Source: Takakia lepidozioides
Lineage: Eukaryota > Plantae > Bryophyta
Direction: 5' to 3'
Assembly: GCA_030704615.1 (NCBI GenBank)
Contig: CM060733.1
Location: 18,972,001-19,036,000, forward strand
Length of the DNA: 64,000 nucleotides
Shown here: in pieces, positions 24,471 to 37,778 of the stretch
Layout of the letters: each line of letters opens with the position of its first letter
How positions within the stretch are numbered: position 1 is the first letter of the stretch
Position numbers and translations under genes: made by a program
Notes under the pieces: model-generated
What the model saw: only the letters and a program-made list of their open reading frames with translations
Database searches by the model: none
Told to the model about the DNA's origin: nothing

Positions 24471-27400
24471 ATGTCTGAGAAGGCATGGGGACGTAGCAGC
24501 GGAAAGGACGACAGCGCCTTTTCTGAGACCGAGATCTCTAATTCGGGGCCGTATCACCCATTGCCCACTTCTGGTGAGCAATGTGTGCGGCAGAGGTTTG
24601 TCTGTTTTCTGTGTACTTGTGCGGGAAGTCTTCTATCCTTGGCAGGAACTCCATGCGGATGTCTGATGCTCCTACAATCTGACAGTTTGCTAGTCTGTCT
24701 TAGCTTGAAGCGCGAGTTGGCATTGAAGAACAGTTGTATGCTTTGGAATTGGCAGAGGAAGTGGGTCTGTTCAAAGGGAGAGAGGATGAAGAGGAAAAAG
24801 ACGAATACTTCCCTGAAGATCAATCCCCGGTTGAAGAAGTGGCCCTTACAGTTCCTACTACGGATGATCGCAGCCTGCCCGTCTGGACATTCAGGATGTG
24901 GACACTGGGTATCGCATCCTGCGCCCTTCTCTCATTTCTCAACATGTTCTTCTCGTATCGCACGGAGCCGCTGGTGATCTCAGCTGTCTCGGCGCAGGTG
25001 GCGGTCCTGCCAATAGGACATTTTATGGCAAAGGTGTTGCCCAGTAATTTGGTGCGGGTGCCTTGGACAGGCTTTGAATTTTCAATGAATCCAGGACCTT
25101 TCAACATGAAGGAGCACGTGCTCATCACTATCTTTGCCAATGCGGGCACTAGTTTTGGGTCTGGGAACTCGTATGGGATCTCCGTGGTCAATATAATCAA
25201 GGCCTTCTACAAAAAGGAGATAGCCTTCGCTGCGTCCCTCTTCCTTATCATCACATCCCAGGTGAGAGCGTTTGCGTCTCCTACCAAGTTTCACATCCGT
25301 CTGGGTCTAGTCGCAGGGATGAGAGGTTGGAAACAGAGAGAAAGAAAGATAACAAGAAAGTAGACACCACCACGAAGGCAACATGGAAAATCGCGGCACG
25401 CGCGCGCAGGGCCGCCTGGAGATAAGGTGCAGAGAAACTACGAAAGAAATAAATTTACAGCGACTCAGGGCCCCAGAGCTGCTGCTAAAGCCTTGCTAAG
25501 CGCAGGATCCTGCAGCAAGTGACTGATATTTCAGAAAGCTTACAAAGTTGATTCTAGCATTGATCGAAGCTTGTGGATATTGTGAAATTGGTGGAAATGC
25601 TTTGGAATCTGTAGCTTAGCTACAATTGTTGATAAGCTGAGATGAAAACTTGAATATGCACATCTCCCCATGCTGGCAATATCTTGAAGCAATATAAAAT
25701 TCGAAACAATCAAGTGTGGGCTATGATTACAGGTGCTGGGATATGGGTGGGCAGGACTGCTACGCAAGTATCTGGTGGAACCAGCACACATGTGGTGGCC
25801 TTCCAATCTAGTCCAAGTATCAGTCTTTCGGTAATGCTTTGTGTTCCTGACAATAATTGACTTCAAAGTTTATGACTACTAAGGTTTTGTGTCAAGCTCT
25901 ATTAGTATGAAGCCTTTGTAGCATAGGAGGTAAGAGATCAGCTAAGTTACACCATCAGGAGAGACACAGCTCTAGTCAGACATCCTGAGTGATGGTGATA
26001 AAACAACCGCATATGTTAATCCCTGTTTAGAATGAAAGCTGATTGACATCCGTCAGTCTGAGTGTAAAGTTAATGCATATAGGGAGTAGGAGTTTTAATA
26101 AACAACTCGAAGAGAGGTCAAAAGGTGTTGGATGGGGTTTGACAGGACTCTACATGAAAAGGAGGAGGGCAAGGGCCGTCTATCTCGCAGTCAGTTTTTT
26201 CTCATAGCTATGACTGTGAGCTTCGCGTACTACGTGTTCCCAGGTTACCTCTTCCCGATGGTAACATACCTCTCATGGGTGTGCTGGGTGTGGCCACACT
26301 CTGTCACTGCTCAACAGATTGGATCAGGCCTTCATGGCCTGGGGGTGGGTGCTGTCAGCCTTGACTGGTCTGGCATAGCAGCATACCTGAATAGTCCACT
26401 GGTGACCCCCTGGTTCTCCATTGTAAATATGGCAGTTGGGACTGTGATTTTTCTCTATGTCTTTGTACCAGCGGCTTACTGGATGGATGCCTATGAAGCC
26501 AAGAAATTTCCTATCTACTCTAGCAAGCTCTTCACTGGTGATGGTCAGGAGTACAACACAAGTCGAATCGTTGATCAGAATTTCAAGCTGGATTTAGATG
26601 CATATGAAAGCTACAGCAAACTGCACATCAGTACCCTCTTTGCGCTGTCCTATGGCCTCGGATTTGCCCAAATCACAGCCACGGTCTCCCATGTGGTGCT
26701 GTTTCATGGAAAGTACGTATTTATTTGTAGACCCACTCCCCACTTTTACAGTTGGTCTTTGTATTTCTTCTTGACAACTTTTAGCCTCCCTGCTCCACAG
26801 GGTCGTGGTTTTTGTAATTCGACCCGTGGGAAGGGCTTCACAATTCCATGAATTTCACTCTGGGCAGGCAGCACCACACCTTGAAACACAGATGGGCCTT
26901 CCACAAGGATTGTGAAGAACTCTGTATTCAGCACGCCGCATCTAGGACGCACACCATTTTGTAAGAGAACATCTGTGAACATGCGTATTTCCTCCTCTGA
27001 AGGAAAGTGGGTCTATTCTCCTCTGAAGGAATTCTCTCGACTTATTATGATTAAGGTTATTGGCTGATTATGGCTTGAGTGCAGAGAGATTTGGCGACGG
27101 AGTAGGGCAGCACTGAATGTGGACCACCCTGATGTTCATACTCGTTTGATGAGATTCTATCCAGATGTTCCAGATCACTGGTTCTTGCTGCTACTGGGGG
27201 GTAGTGTACTTCTGACAGTAGCAGTATGTCTGCAGTTCCAGGAGCAGTTCCAACTGCCCTGGTGGGGAGTGCTGCTCGCCTGTGCACTCTCCTCTACCTT
27301 GACCCTGCCTCTGGGTGTTCTGACTGCCACTACCAATATGGTAACTCTCTCCCCTTACCTTTCTTTTGTATGCACTGCCTTTGGAATCCTTGCTTCTCAG

Positions 27401-29366
27401 TCCCGTTGTAAACATACCCTTTGCTTTTGTAGACACTGCTTATGATCTTCAATTAGTTGAAATTGTGACCAATCATTGGTTGAGTTGTGCAAAGGGGACT
27501 TTTTTCTTATGTTAAACAAAGAGGCTGTTGAGTAGTTCCTGTGGAACACTCTAGGTTGCAAGGAGACCATTGACTAGGAGATAGGATTGGTGTGACCATA
27601 CAAATGCTTGGATTGTGTTTCAGCATTTACAAATTTCTCAAACCAGGTGTTCCGGCAGGTCATAATGTTTCCCTGCCACAACTGCATGAACTTATCCCTT
27701 TTCTCTAGACGTTTTTCTTACTAACCTGGTGTATTCATGGACTGTATGCGTCATATTGTTTTTCAAGAGTCTTTTGTAAATGGTGTCAAATTTTTTAACA
27801 AGAAGTGCATGGGCTTGGGTTGGTGGGGACCAGACACCAGGTTTGAATATAATTTCAGAATACATTATGGGTCTCCTATTACCAGGCCAACCTATAGCAA
27901 ATGTGTTGTTCAAGACATATGGTTACAACAGCACTCAGCAAGCCATCGCCTTTCTGTCTGACTTCAAGTTGGGACATTACATGAAGATTCCACCTCGCTC
28001 TATGTTCATTGTACAGGTGAGTGATGATCCATTCACCTCCCCTTGGACTTCGGAATTTTTTCAAGTACCACGGCCTTTACTGCATTCCCTATCCACCATA
28101 GTCGTCATGAGGAGGAGTAGGCCAGATTTGATCTTTTGTGGACTCATATCAGAATAGTCCCCACTCTACGGCAACCCCTGCCAAATTATAGAAATGCCTT
28201 CCTCCACATTGAAATTCAGGCCTTTGCACATTAATATCAGATTTGGATATTTCTTTCCATGCATTGCAATGGAAATATCATATTTACATGGACAAAAAAC
28301 AGTGGTTTTCAACCCAGGATATTTCCAAGTAGACTTTGGGTCAAACACATTCCAAATATTTTGACAGATAAAAGTCTGGATGACATGTCCATACAGTGTA
28401 AACAGTCCTAACATGTATGACAGATCCCCTTTAGACCCTCAGGATACTACCCAAGATCAGATTTCACACCTCTACGAATGTACAGGTGGTTAAATAAACG
28501 GCTGCGTTGATCACGTAGACTATGGTGCAGATCCAGGTACTATTACAGGGTAATGCAACATGCGGGTGACTTGAAACTAGACACTGCATCAGTTGGTGGA
28601 CTCTTAGAATACTGAAGTTGCATGATTTGTCTTGCATAGGGATCAACTGTCTTGTAGTGGTTAACTCTTGGTGTCCGAAAGATCTATTGTTCTGTGTGCT
28701 GTTTGAACTTGCTAATGACTTGTGATCGATGACACCTGCGTTTGCATGCAGCTAGTGGGCACAGTTGTTAATGGCACCTTGAACTTGGTTGTCGCATGGT
28801 GGATGCTGTCGTCCATTCCCAACATTTGTGACCTCAGCATGCTCCCAGCAGACAGTCCTTGGACTTGCCCCTACGATCGAGTGTTTTATGATGCCTCCGT
28901 TATCTGGGGCCTCATTGGTCCAGGAAGAATATTCGGGTCGATGGGACTCTACAGAAACTTGAACTGGTTTTTCTTAGGAGGTGCTCTGTTGCCGATTCCT
29001 GTGTGGGCTCTAAGCAGGGTGTACCCCAAAGTAAGGTGGATTGCTCTCATCAACGTCCCTGTCCTCCTGACTGCCGGTGGAGAAATGCCTCCTGCTGCTG
29101 CCGTCAATATTACATCATGGGTGATCGTTGGGGTGATCTTCAATTACTACGTTTTTCGGCATCACAAATCATGGTGGAAGAGGTACAACTACGTGTTGTC
29201 CGCAGCCATGGATGCAGGCACGGCATTCATGGGAGTGTTGCTCTACTTGTGTCTTGGTCTATCGAACAAGAGTATCGATTGGTGGGGCACCCAGGTGGAC
29301 CATTGCCCTCTTGCCACCTGCCCTACAGCTCCTGGGATCATAGTCAAAGGCTGTCCAGTGTGTTGA
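24471..29366 (+). CDS. OPT: Oligopeptide transporter (OPT family), copy 1; exons 24471-24573, ~24711-25261, 25733-25830, 26146-26712, 27085-27340, 27834-28016, 28752-29366
   Basis: [33 protein letters not shown] (NPG motif), [11 protein letters not shown] (KP motif), [31 protein letters not shown]; GT-AG introns in frame. The first acceptor and the start are less certain. Confidence 0.93.
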
Positions 29367-30359
29367 GTTCACTTATCTGCAAATTATTTGATCAACAATA
29401 CCTTCACTACTACACAATCACATATTGCATTGGATTAGACAGTGGCAGATCCTCCTGTACATATCCCATTTCTTCTGAAACTGGACTGGTAAGCCTCCCT
29501 GTTCTGTGGGGTGGTGTCGTCAATGTACTTAAGAAGATTGATTCGAGTAAAGCACTTGCACTGGCGACCAAAGAGAGTATCGGAAGGAGTCAGTTGAGCA
29601 GTTTAAATTAAGCGGGTCGTGGACTCATGCGCTATGGACCAGAAGGGCTTGGACGAAACACCACAGTCTGGGGTCTACTTTTCCGGTAGCGGTCTGGATG
29701 ATATTTCCATCCAAGCTTCAACCTGAAAAACAATGCGAAGACGAAGTAATTTCCTGAGTACCCTAAGTACGTTAGAGTACGTTATACAGCACGCAAGCAA
29801 GGATGCCTTCGCCACCTCTCAACGTGTAGTATTGAGAATTGAAGACTTTCTGTTCTACGTACAGCCGTGTGCCAGAGTTCTAGAACAATTGAGGACTGCG
29901 AAGATAGGCACCCTCCAGCAATACCCATACTGTACAATTTAAAGTTTAAGCCTGTGCAGGTGAGGTAACGCATAACGCCGACGGGAAATCTAGAACCCTG
30001 TTTAGTAGTGAGAAGGATTGATCGAACAGGGCAAGTGCTGCTCCTCCATCACCCATGTGCTCGAGAATGGAGGGATAGAACGGGGTCCCTAGTGGCTTAC
30101 CCTCCGCACTGTCCCAGACACAGAGGCTGGCGCACAAGCCCTCCTGTGGACTGCCCACCTCTCCGAGCCACGCCTTGCCATGGATTCTATGGCGTATGCT
30201 GCTCACGAGTACGTGGCTCAATCTACAGAAGACGTACCGTACTTACCTAGCTTACTAGGCTCTTCCGCGCCTAATAAATCCAGCAAAGGAGCTAGTCCAA
30301 CAACCACCTTCCAAAAAGGGTTCGTTTTTATTATTTAGGCACCTCACCTAAGTAATTTC

Positions 30360-31205
30360 CAGTGTTGTGAGGGTTCTGCCTTTTTAAGGAACCCGCGGGG
30401 TCCGGGTGCGGGTTTTTTTTCCGGAGCCAAGTCCGGTTCCGGGTTTGTCAACACGGACTCGGGTTAGGGTCCGGGTAGTTGTTGGGAAATATTAGCGGGT
30501 TCACGGGATCGGATCTGGGTCCTAATTTATTGATTAAATAAATTAGAAATAAGATTAATTAGGGATAAAATTATTTTTGGCTGGAAAAAACTCTAAATCC
30601 TAATAATGAATTTTATTTTAAGAGACATTCCTTCAAAATATACCATGAATATGAATATGTATACCACGAATATGAATTAAAACAGAAGTTTGAGTTCCAT
30701 TTTCTATTTTTCAATATCAATTCTTTAAACATGTTAAGAATAGTAATATGCCTCAAGGGTAGATCACTATAGCTTGGATGTGTGGGATCTGGCCTAATAA
30801 TAATATATGACGCCTCCTTTGGGAAGGTGTAAATTATAGTCCCATAGGGCACAACTTTGTGACACCACTCCCTGGATTGAACCCACAACCGCTTTTGAGG
30901 TGGTGTGTGGGCATTACCACTGGGCTATAGCGTGGTGGGGCTGGCAGCTGCAGTGGCCTAATACTGCTGGTCCCCTCCACACATATGACAAAACCTACCA
31001 AATCTAAGGTGGACCCCACATGCCCCATCTAAAATTAAGACCCAGACCCAGGGTCCGGGCCAATGGGGAGCAGCCTTACCGGGTTCTGGACCCAGCAGGC
31101 GGGTCCGGGGTTTTTGTGATAGCAAGGGTCCGGGTGTGGGTCCGGGTAACCCGGATCCTAACCCGCCGGGTACCCGCCTTCAAAACCCGGACCCGCACAA
31201 CACTG
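30360..31205. mobile_element. Non-autonomous hAT element (MITE) with perfect 8-bp TSD GTAATTTC
   Basis: gtaatttc|CAGTGTTGTGAGGGT ... ACCCGCACAACACTG|gtaatttc; dense CCGGGT/ACCCGG subterminal repeats. Confidence 0.88.
30790..30932 (-). mobile_element. tRNA-derived SINE-like insert (family B) nested in the hAT MITE; related fragment at ~37085-37185
   Basis: Minus strand TAGCCCAGTGGTAA (A box)..GGGTTCAATCC (B box); plus-strand ATAATATATGACGCCTCC..GTAAATTAT..TTGAACCCACAA shared with 37085-37185. Confidence 0.5.
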
Positions 31206-31233
31206 GTAATTTCCAAACATTAAGCATGTATTA

Positions 31234-34200
31234 CAGTCGACCCTGGATATTTTTATTTTTATTTTTATTTTTAAATTTTACAGTCGACCCTGGATAATAA
31301 TGAACAATTGTTTTTTACCTCCCTCAATAAATATTGTTGAGGTAATTTTCTTTTAACAAAACATAATGGTTTTGAAAATAGATATTTACCTCAACAATTG
31401 TTTTTGAGAAGATTCACATCAGATAGGTGATGAGATGTAAGTTAATTGCATCAATGCAGGTGGAGTGGAGATGAAATTTTAAATTATAGGCTTTTTTGCC
31501 ATTTTTGGGACTTTAAATAATATAATTTAGGCATTTTTCCACATATCTGGACATTTTGGTTATTTTCGCAATTTTGAGCAATTAGGCACTTCTCAGGAAT
31601 TGTTTCCAAGTTTTAGGCAAATTTTCCAAAAATGTTCTAAATCTAATTAGGCACTTGATTTTGAATTAATTATTGCCTAATTACCACTACAAATAGGGCA
31701 GAAGAGTCATGGCGCACCAAACCAGTAAAATGAGCAATATCTGCCCCCAAACGTCCAAAAAATCAAATCAGCGAAAGGCCAGTCGATGCTTAAGCGTCTG
31801 TCCGAATAGAAGTGGCAGCCTGCATTCTAGGCCAAGTGGTAAATGGCATGGCCCCACTTGGGTGCCAGGAAGTGGAAGCCTGCATTCTAGGCCAAGTGGT
31901 AAATGGCATGGGTCCCACTTGGATGCCAGGTGTGCCGCAATGTGGGCACATAGTTTTGGAAACTTCTAAAGTCCATAATGTTCTAGAGGGGTCCCCTAGA
32001 ACGCATCCATCTAGCCGCTTACCATTCTAGCGCGGGCTGGAGAGCGCAGGCTGTATGAGGAGCACTGTACCATACCATGGGGGAGGCTGTACCGGAGGGG
32101 GAGTCTACCGGAGGGTACGCAAGGACCATGTAGGCGAGGATGGAGGCAATGAAAGCAGAAGACAATCAAGACGTGTACATTCCTATGCACTATGGACTTG
32201 TAGATCCACGTCTATATTGATTGATGACTGTCTCTGAATTTTATACACAAAATTAGTTTGCTATCGGATTTGGTTTCGTTCTCAACCCATCTGACAATTT
32301 TCTCAAGATCAACAAGAGAATAAGTATAGAGACAGTCATCAATCAATATAAGCCCCAACCGTTCAAAAAAAATACTCAGCGAAAGCCCAGCGAACACTTA
32401 GAGGCTGTCCGAATAGATGTGGTAGGCTGCATTCTAGAGCATGTGGTAAGTGGCATGGCCCCACATAGGTGCCACACCTATATTGAATATGGAAGGGGGA
32501 GAATTTTTTTACAATAGAATGCAGAACATTCTAGAGGGAGCGGGTCCCGCCAGGGCTGTACCTGCGTAGTGGCTTACCATTGTACCGGAGGCTGCAGATG
32601 CTACAGAGGCTACGAAGCCCTTCAAATAGGCTACATTTATGTAATTAGAAGTATCTTCCAATTCTGACGACCTTAAAAGGACCCATAGTAAGGATGTCAA
32701 TGGTTGCATGTGACCCACCTGACCGTGACATGTGGTTCAAAGACAATGAGTAACCATGGTGGGTTCTGTGACACAGTGAGACACCAGTGCCGACGCATTT
32801 TACACTGTATGTTTGTTCGAGAACTGACTAGATTGCTCCCTTTGCAGCTTGGTGTATGTCAATGATGGTTTAAAACATGATATGCAAAATAACTAAAACA
32901 CCTTAGCCAGAATGGAATCAAAAACACCACTTTGATATTGTGGCTGATTTATCTTATTTGTTACAACCGAGCTGCAGCTACTATGGCTCTCACCGATCTG
33001 CTCAATCGAGTGCATCAAGTGTACTCGCTCTTGCCATGGTCTCTTTTGTAGTTACTTCGCCTTAATTTAGGCTTGTATGCATTATCAAGCAACACACCAT
33101 CTCTAAAAACTTAATGAAAATGTCATCTTGTTCCTTGTACCACATGTTCATTTTTTTTTTCTTCATGCCTGGCTGCAATTTTCGCTTCTCTCTCAAGTCG
33201 ACGAGTAGCTACTAGCATTTTTCTCTGATTCGTTGTCAACACTTTTTGTGTTTTTTTATTCTCTCTTTCCCTTAACAAAGCTAGTTTTCGATTAGCTTTA
33301 TCTTGGACATGTGTTAGGTACTCTACAGAAGTCAACAATGTACTATATGTATCATCATAATGTCTAGGAATTTGTAAATCGGTGCTTGCAGACAAGACAA
33401 TATCTGCACTAATAGTCGATATGATCGCAAGACCTGCAAGACCAATCTGTTGCACAGGCTCCCTGACCACAATATCTGTAGTAGTCGATATGATCGCAAC
33501 ACCTCCTTGTTGCACGGGCTCCTTGTCCACAATTGCAGCCATCTCAATTATAGCCATTTCATTTGAAAATTGAGTCTCGGGAACAAAATCGTCTTGGGCA
33601 AATTGACTCATATCAGGCATGTACACATCTTCATTATCCATCATGCTTGCACAAATTGGTGATGTATGTTCTGCTCATGTCCATCTGTCTGACAAAGATC
33701 ATGTGTGAAATCGATAGTTTCTCTCATCGGTAATAATTCTACCGCAACATCTAAGTCAATGTTGGGCCCAAAGTTGTCATCCATAGCCTTACATTCCAAT
33801 GGCCAAATTCCAATCCTTCGAAAACCAGAGATGATAATTGATGAAGTGAGCGATTGTCTCAACGCCTTGCATGCAAAATGGGCCAAGTGTTTTTTTTCAA
33901 CTTCGCCTCCATATTCCATCATGAACAAGCTTCGTTCCACTTTAAAATAATGTTTTAAAGTTAATGTTTAAAAAGGTCTGAAGCATGAAACATCTAACGA
34001 CTGCAACTTATACGATGTATGTGCTGGAATGGTTAAGATATCGAGACAGGCTGCTGTTGTGATGATTGCCTACTCAGAAATGTGAGAGCCATGGTTGTAA
34101 AGTATCAACTTTTACAAGTTTCAGCCTGATCTTCAACTTTTATATCAATGACATATTCATAGTGCTGGTGGTAAAACATGGATGCCCATAGCTGTTCCAA
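31234..34200 (-). mobile_element. Decayed pogo/Tc1-mariner (DDE_1) transposon
   Basis: Minus strand HGSH..LTIPAHTSYKLQSLDVSCFRPF (~34090-33970) and IISGFRRIGIWPL; TA|CAGTCGACCCTGGATA pogo-like terminus at 31234 and 31281; second TIR not found, so bounds are approximate. Confidence 0.65.
31808..31930. repeat. Tandem ~57-bp duplication; further diverged copy at ~32415-32475
   Basis: GGAAGTGG(C/A)AGCCTGCATTCTAGGCCAAGTGGTAAATGGCATGG occurs twice. Confidence 0.8.
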
Positions 34201-35043
34201 AGAATTCTACACTAATTCGTGCACCGGATGTCGGTAGATAATGAAGATAATAGAACAGGCTTGATGTCGGTAGATGGTGTCCATAGCAAGGATGGGGCTC
34301 GTTGGAAGATGCAAGTGGTGGTCGTTTGCTTCTATTTCCTTTTGTAGGTAGTTGCACAGATGGAGGTTCAACATGACCCGATGTAGGCGGGTTGTGCGTC
34401 TACTGCTACGGGGCAATGCCATTATAAATACTATATATTATTCTCTTAATATTTTCAACTACATTCAACTAGATTCAATCTCCATAGGTACTCTCCTACA
34501 ATATGAGCTCACATATTTGCAACTACATCATTGTCTTCCTCTCCATTTTACTGTCGACCAATATGCTCGAAATATACATGGCTTCTTGCATCTACAATGC
34601 AAAGCGCGATTCCTACGTGCATCAATGATAAATAGTTGTCGTTTAACATCAAGATTACAATGCGCTGTAGGAGGGTACCTTTTGTACATATCTCTCTCAC
34701 TGTAGCAATCTTCACAATAGCAAAAAACATAGGGTGCTTCTACAGAGACAGAAACAGAAACAGATGGAAGCCAATTGTCTCATTGACTTACTTCTGTAGA
34801 TATGTGAACAAGCCACGTTACTAATCAACAACTTATATGAGCTGTTTATCTATCAATGGGTGGCGCAAGTTTTGGCTTGTGCTTGATCCACGTGAATGCA
34901 CAATTAGAAGATGTCATTAATGTTATTCAAGAGCTCTGAAATTTAATCGGCAAGTTTGCAAATTGAAAGATGAGAATGACAAGTCTTCAGATAAAGATTT
35001 GTAGAGCTGATTCTGATCATCTTTGAGCTATGCAGGTCCCAAC

Positions 35044-35716
35044 CAATGTTGTGCGGTTATTTGATTTTTTAAACATCAGCCGGTTACGGATGTTTAACTT
35101 TAACTTTGTGTTCACATCCTCCGGTTCCGGGGTTTTGGAGCTTTTCCGTTTCTGATATCATGCCAGTTGGTAAAAAATACAAAATTTAACCCTACACGGT
35201 TATGGACAAATGGAGTTTATGTTAGGATGGCCTCCGGCGGTTCAGCATCCGGTTATCAAAAATCTAATTTATTTTAATAACATAAAATAACCCAAACTAA
35301 AAATTTCATATATTAGAAATACTAACGAAAAAATGCGTGCCCCTCTGAAACGTGATCCTCCGAACGTGATGAGTAGAAATGAAATGAAGAGAGGCCAACT
35401 CATGGCTATGGCCCGCCTCCTTTATGTCAAGAGAAGGAATAACGGGCTAGTATCCGTATGTAACCTCTGGTTTTCAATGCCGGATATATGGATTCATAAC
35501 CTGCTTCTTTTGGCCACTAGTTCCGGTTGAAATCAAATTAAAAAAAATACACAATCACCGGTTCTCAACCGGATCCGGTTATCCCATCTTTTCAGATCCG
35601 ACGGTTCTTATCAGAGGCGGATATTTGATTTTTTGACCTCCAGCAGATTCACATATATATATCCGGGTTGGGACCCGCCGGGGTTTGAGGCTGAATCAAA
35701 TATCCGCGCAACACTG
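35044..35716. mobile_element. Non-autonomous hAT element (MITE), TSD GTCCCAAC/GTCTCAAC
   Basis: gtcccaac|CAATGTTGTGCGG ... CCGCGCAACACTG|gtctcaac; CCGGTT/ATCCGG subterminal motifs. Confidence 0.8.
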
Positions 35717-36288
35717 GTCTCAACTTAGTAATTTTGTACAACTTTCATGGTGGAGATATGGATTTTTTTTGTTTCTAGCGACTGTCGAATAACAAGACTA
35801 AATCCCCATGATTAAAAAAAAATGCAGGAACTATGACACACTTACATTTTCAGATGATTGTCCGGTTACTCGCAACCAGCCTTATACAGGTGAACAAATG
35901 AATCAAAGCCTATATAGGATGGGGTCTTGCTCCACGTGTTGGTCATATGGTGATGTATAAGAAATTAAGACAAGATCATTTGCAGACATGGAAAGACTTA
36001 TTGGGATACTGCATGAAAGATTACGGACAACCTCATTTCCAGTTTTCCACAAAACATGAGCTACAAATCTAGAAGAAGTCAAAAGTATATATGCTTATTA
36101 TCATTTTGATTTAATACTTGATGGTTCGGACCTTTACAAATATAGACATTTGAAAGTTACAAGAGTATAAAAACACCAAACAAAGCTGTCGTGCACCTAA
36201 GCATCGTGCCACAACATACATCGTTGTCCACCCCACAATCTAAGCATACATGAAACCTTTTTGGATTCTAAAGTATCTAATAGTGAAA

Positions 36289-36429
36289 CCGAGGTAAGAG
36301 AGGGTGGGGAGGATTTGACGGCCCCCTCACATGAGGAGCCTAGGATATACCATATGATAGTATTTTCGTCGGGTTACGATATCCTAGGTGAGGGCGCCGT
36401 CAAATCCTCCCCACCCTCTCTTACTTCGG
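36289..36429. repeat. ~140-bp foldback (MITE-like hairpin)
   Basis: CCGAGGTAAGAGAGGGTGGGGAGGATTTGACGGCCCCCTCAC pairs with GTGAGGGCGCCGTCAAATCCTCCCCACCCTCTCTTACTTCGG; inner CCTAGGATAT/ATATCCTAGG. Confidence 0.85.
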
Positions 36430-36463
36430 TAACAAGTACCATCATATGGCACGAGTGCATTAA

Positions 36464-37047
36464 CCCTTAAACGCCCAGTAGTCCGTTAGGGGCTTTTGGG
36501 TTGAAGAAAATCTGAATAACTTTTTGCATTCTCCATGGAATTGTGTGAAAAAAAAATATAGTGTTCTTGGGCACCTGGCACACCAAGATTCATTGCCCGA
36601 TTGCCTCGGATCTGCCAAGTTGCAAAGAGGTCTCATCACGCAAGCAGGGGGGTCACGATTTGATAAAGGTAATTCTCGTTGTTTCATTCTTCACACATGT
36701 GTGAGAGAAGGAGAGAAACATGGGATTTTCCCAGGTTTGACCAAATGGCAACATCACATGCATTGGCCAAATTGGATACTTTTTGGCTTGTTGGATGAGG
36801 GATCCGAGGGATCCCATTTGATCCCGTCACTCAAATCTTTAAAAAATTTACCAAAAATGGATGTGTTTCGCCCACATTCAACGGTGGCATTTTGTGGATC
36901 TGAGGCTGATTGGCCTCAAATTCGGCGTGTGGATGCAGGAGGAAGTCAAGTTCTTTAAAAAGTTAATTTTATGAAAGTTACACCTTTTTCCACTTAAGGG
37001 GTCATGTTTTCTGAAAAAGTCAAACTATGGCACTGGGCGTTTAAGGG
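36464..37047. mobile_element. piggyBac-type non-autonomous element 1 (584 bp)
   Basis: ttaa|CCCTTAAACGCCCAGT ... ACTGGGCGTTTAAGGG|ttaa; perfect 16-bp TIR, TTAA on both sides, CCC/GGG termini. Confidence 0.75.
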
Positions 37048-37778
37048 TTAAGTTCTTACCTCATTCCTAGTGTCTTCCCAATTGATAATAATATATGACG
37101 CCTCCCAAAGGAAGCGTAAATTATGGTGTCTCTTGACCCTGAAGGGCAGAAGGCAGGTGGACCACGTGAAGTTGAACCCACAATCAAGACCTTTGCAGCA
37201 AAGCAAAGAGTTTGTAATGTTCTCATCACCAACTTCAACTTCAGCCCAAATTCCTTGCTTTGGTTTTATTTGTACAGTGTAGAGTGTAGAGTGTAGAGTA
37301 GAGGGTTGGGTGAATCTGGTCCAGCAGCCGGCCACAGCAGCCCAGCTCATTGGCCAGTTTGTCTTCTAGTTGCTCACAGTCCCTGGGTTGCGTGAGCGTA
37401 CATTCTGTCTGGTCCAGGACTGTGGGAAGGAAGCCTGAGACGTGGGCTTGTGGTCCCAGCAAAACAAAGAAAGCGGGAAAGGGGGTGAAGCGTGCTGCGA
37501 ACGAGTAATCTACTCTACCCGGCTTCTGCGTGGGAGGACTTCATGATTCCCAGTTTGAGAGTAGTGTGAGAGAAAGAAGAAAGAATTGGTTACGTTTGGA
37601 GAGGAAGAAGGAGTTTTTTATGATTCCCGGTTTCAGACTGTTGTGAGAGAAACAAGAAAGAATTGATTACGTTCGGAGAGGAAGAAGGAGTTTCCCGGTT
37701 TCTGACTGTTGTGAGAGAAACAAGAAAGAATTGATTACGTTTGGAGAGGAAGAGGGAGTTTTTTCAGGTGGGCGAACA

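Noticed and set aside
24820-25200. Antisense and alternate-frame ORFs over OPT, HINT, MGS and the transposase
   Set aside because: Shadow ORFs of real coding sequence with no independent motifs
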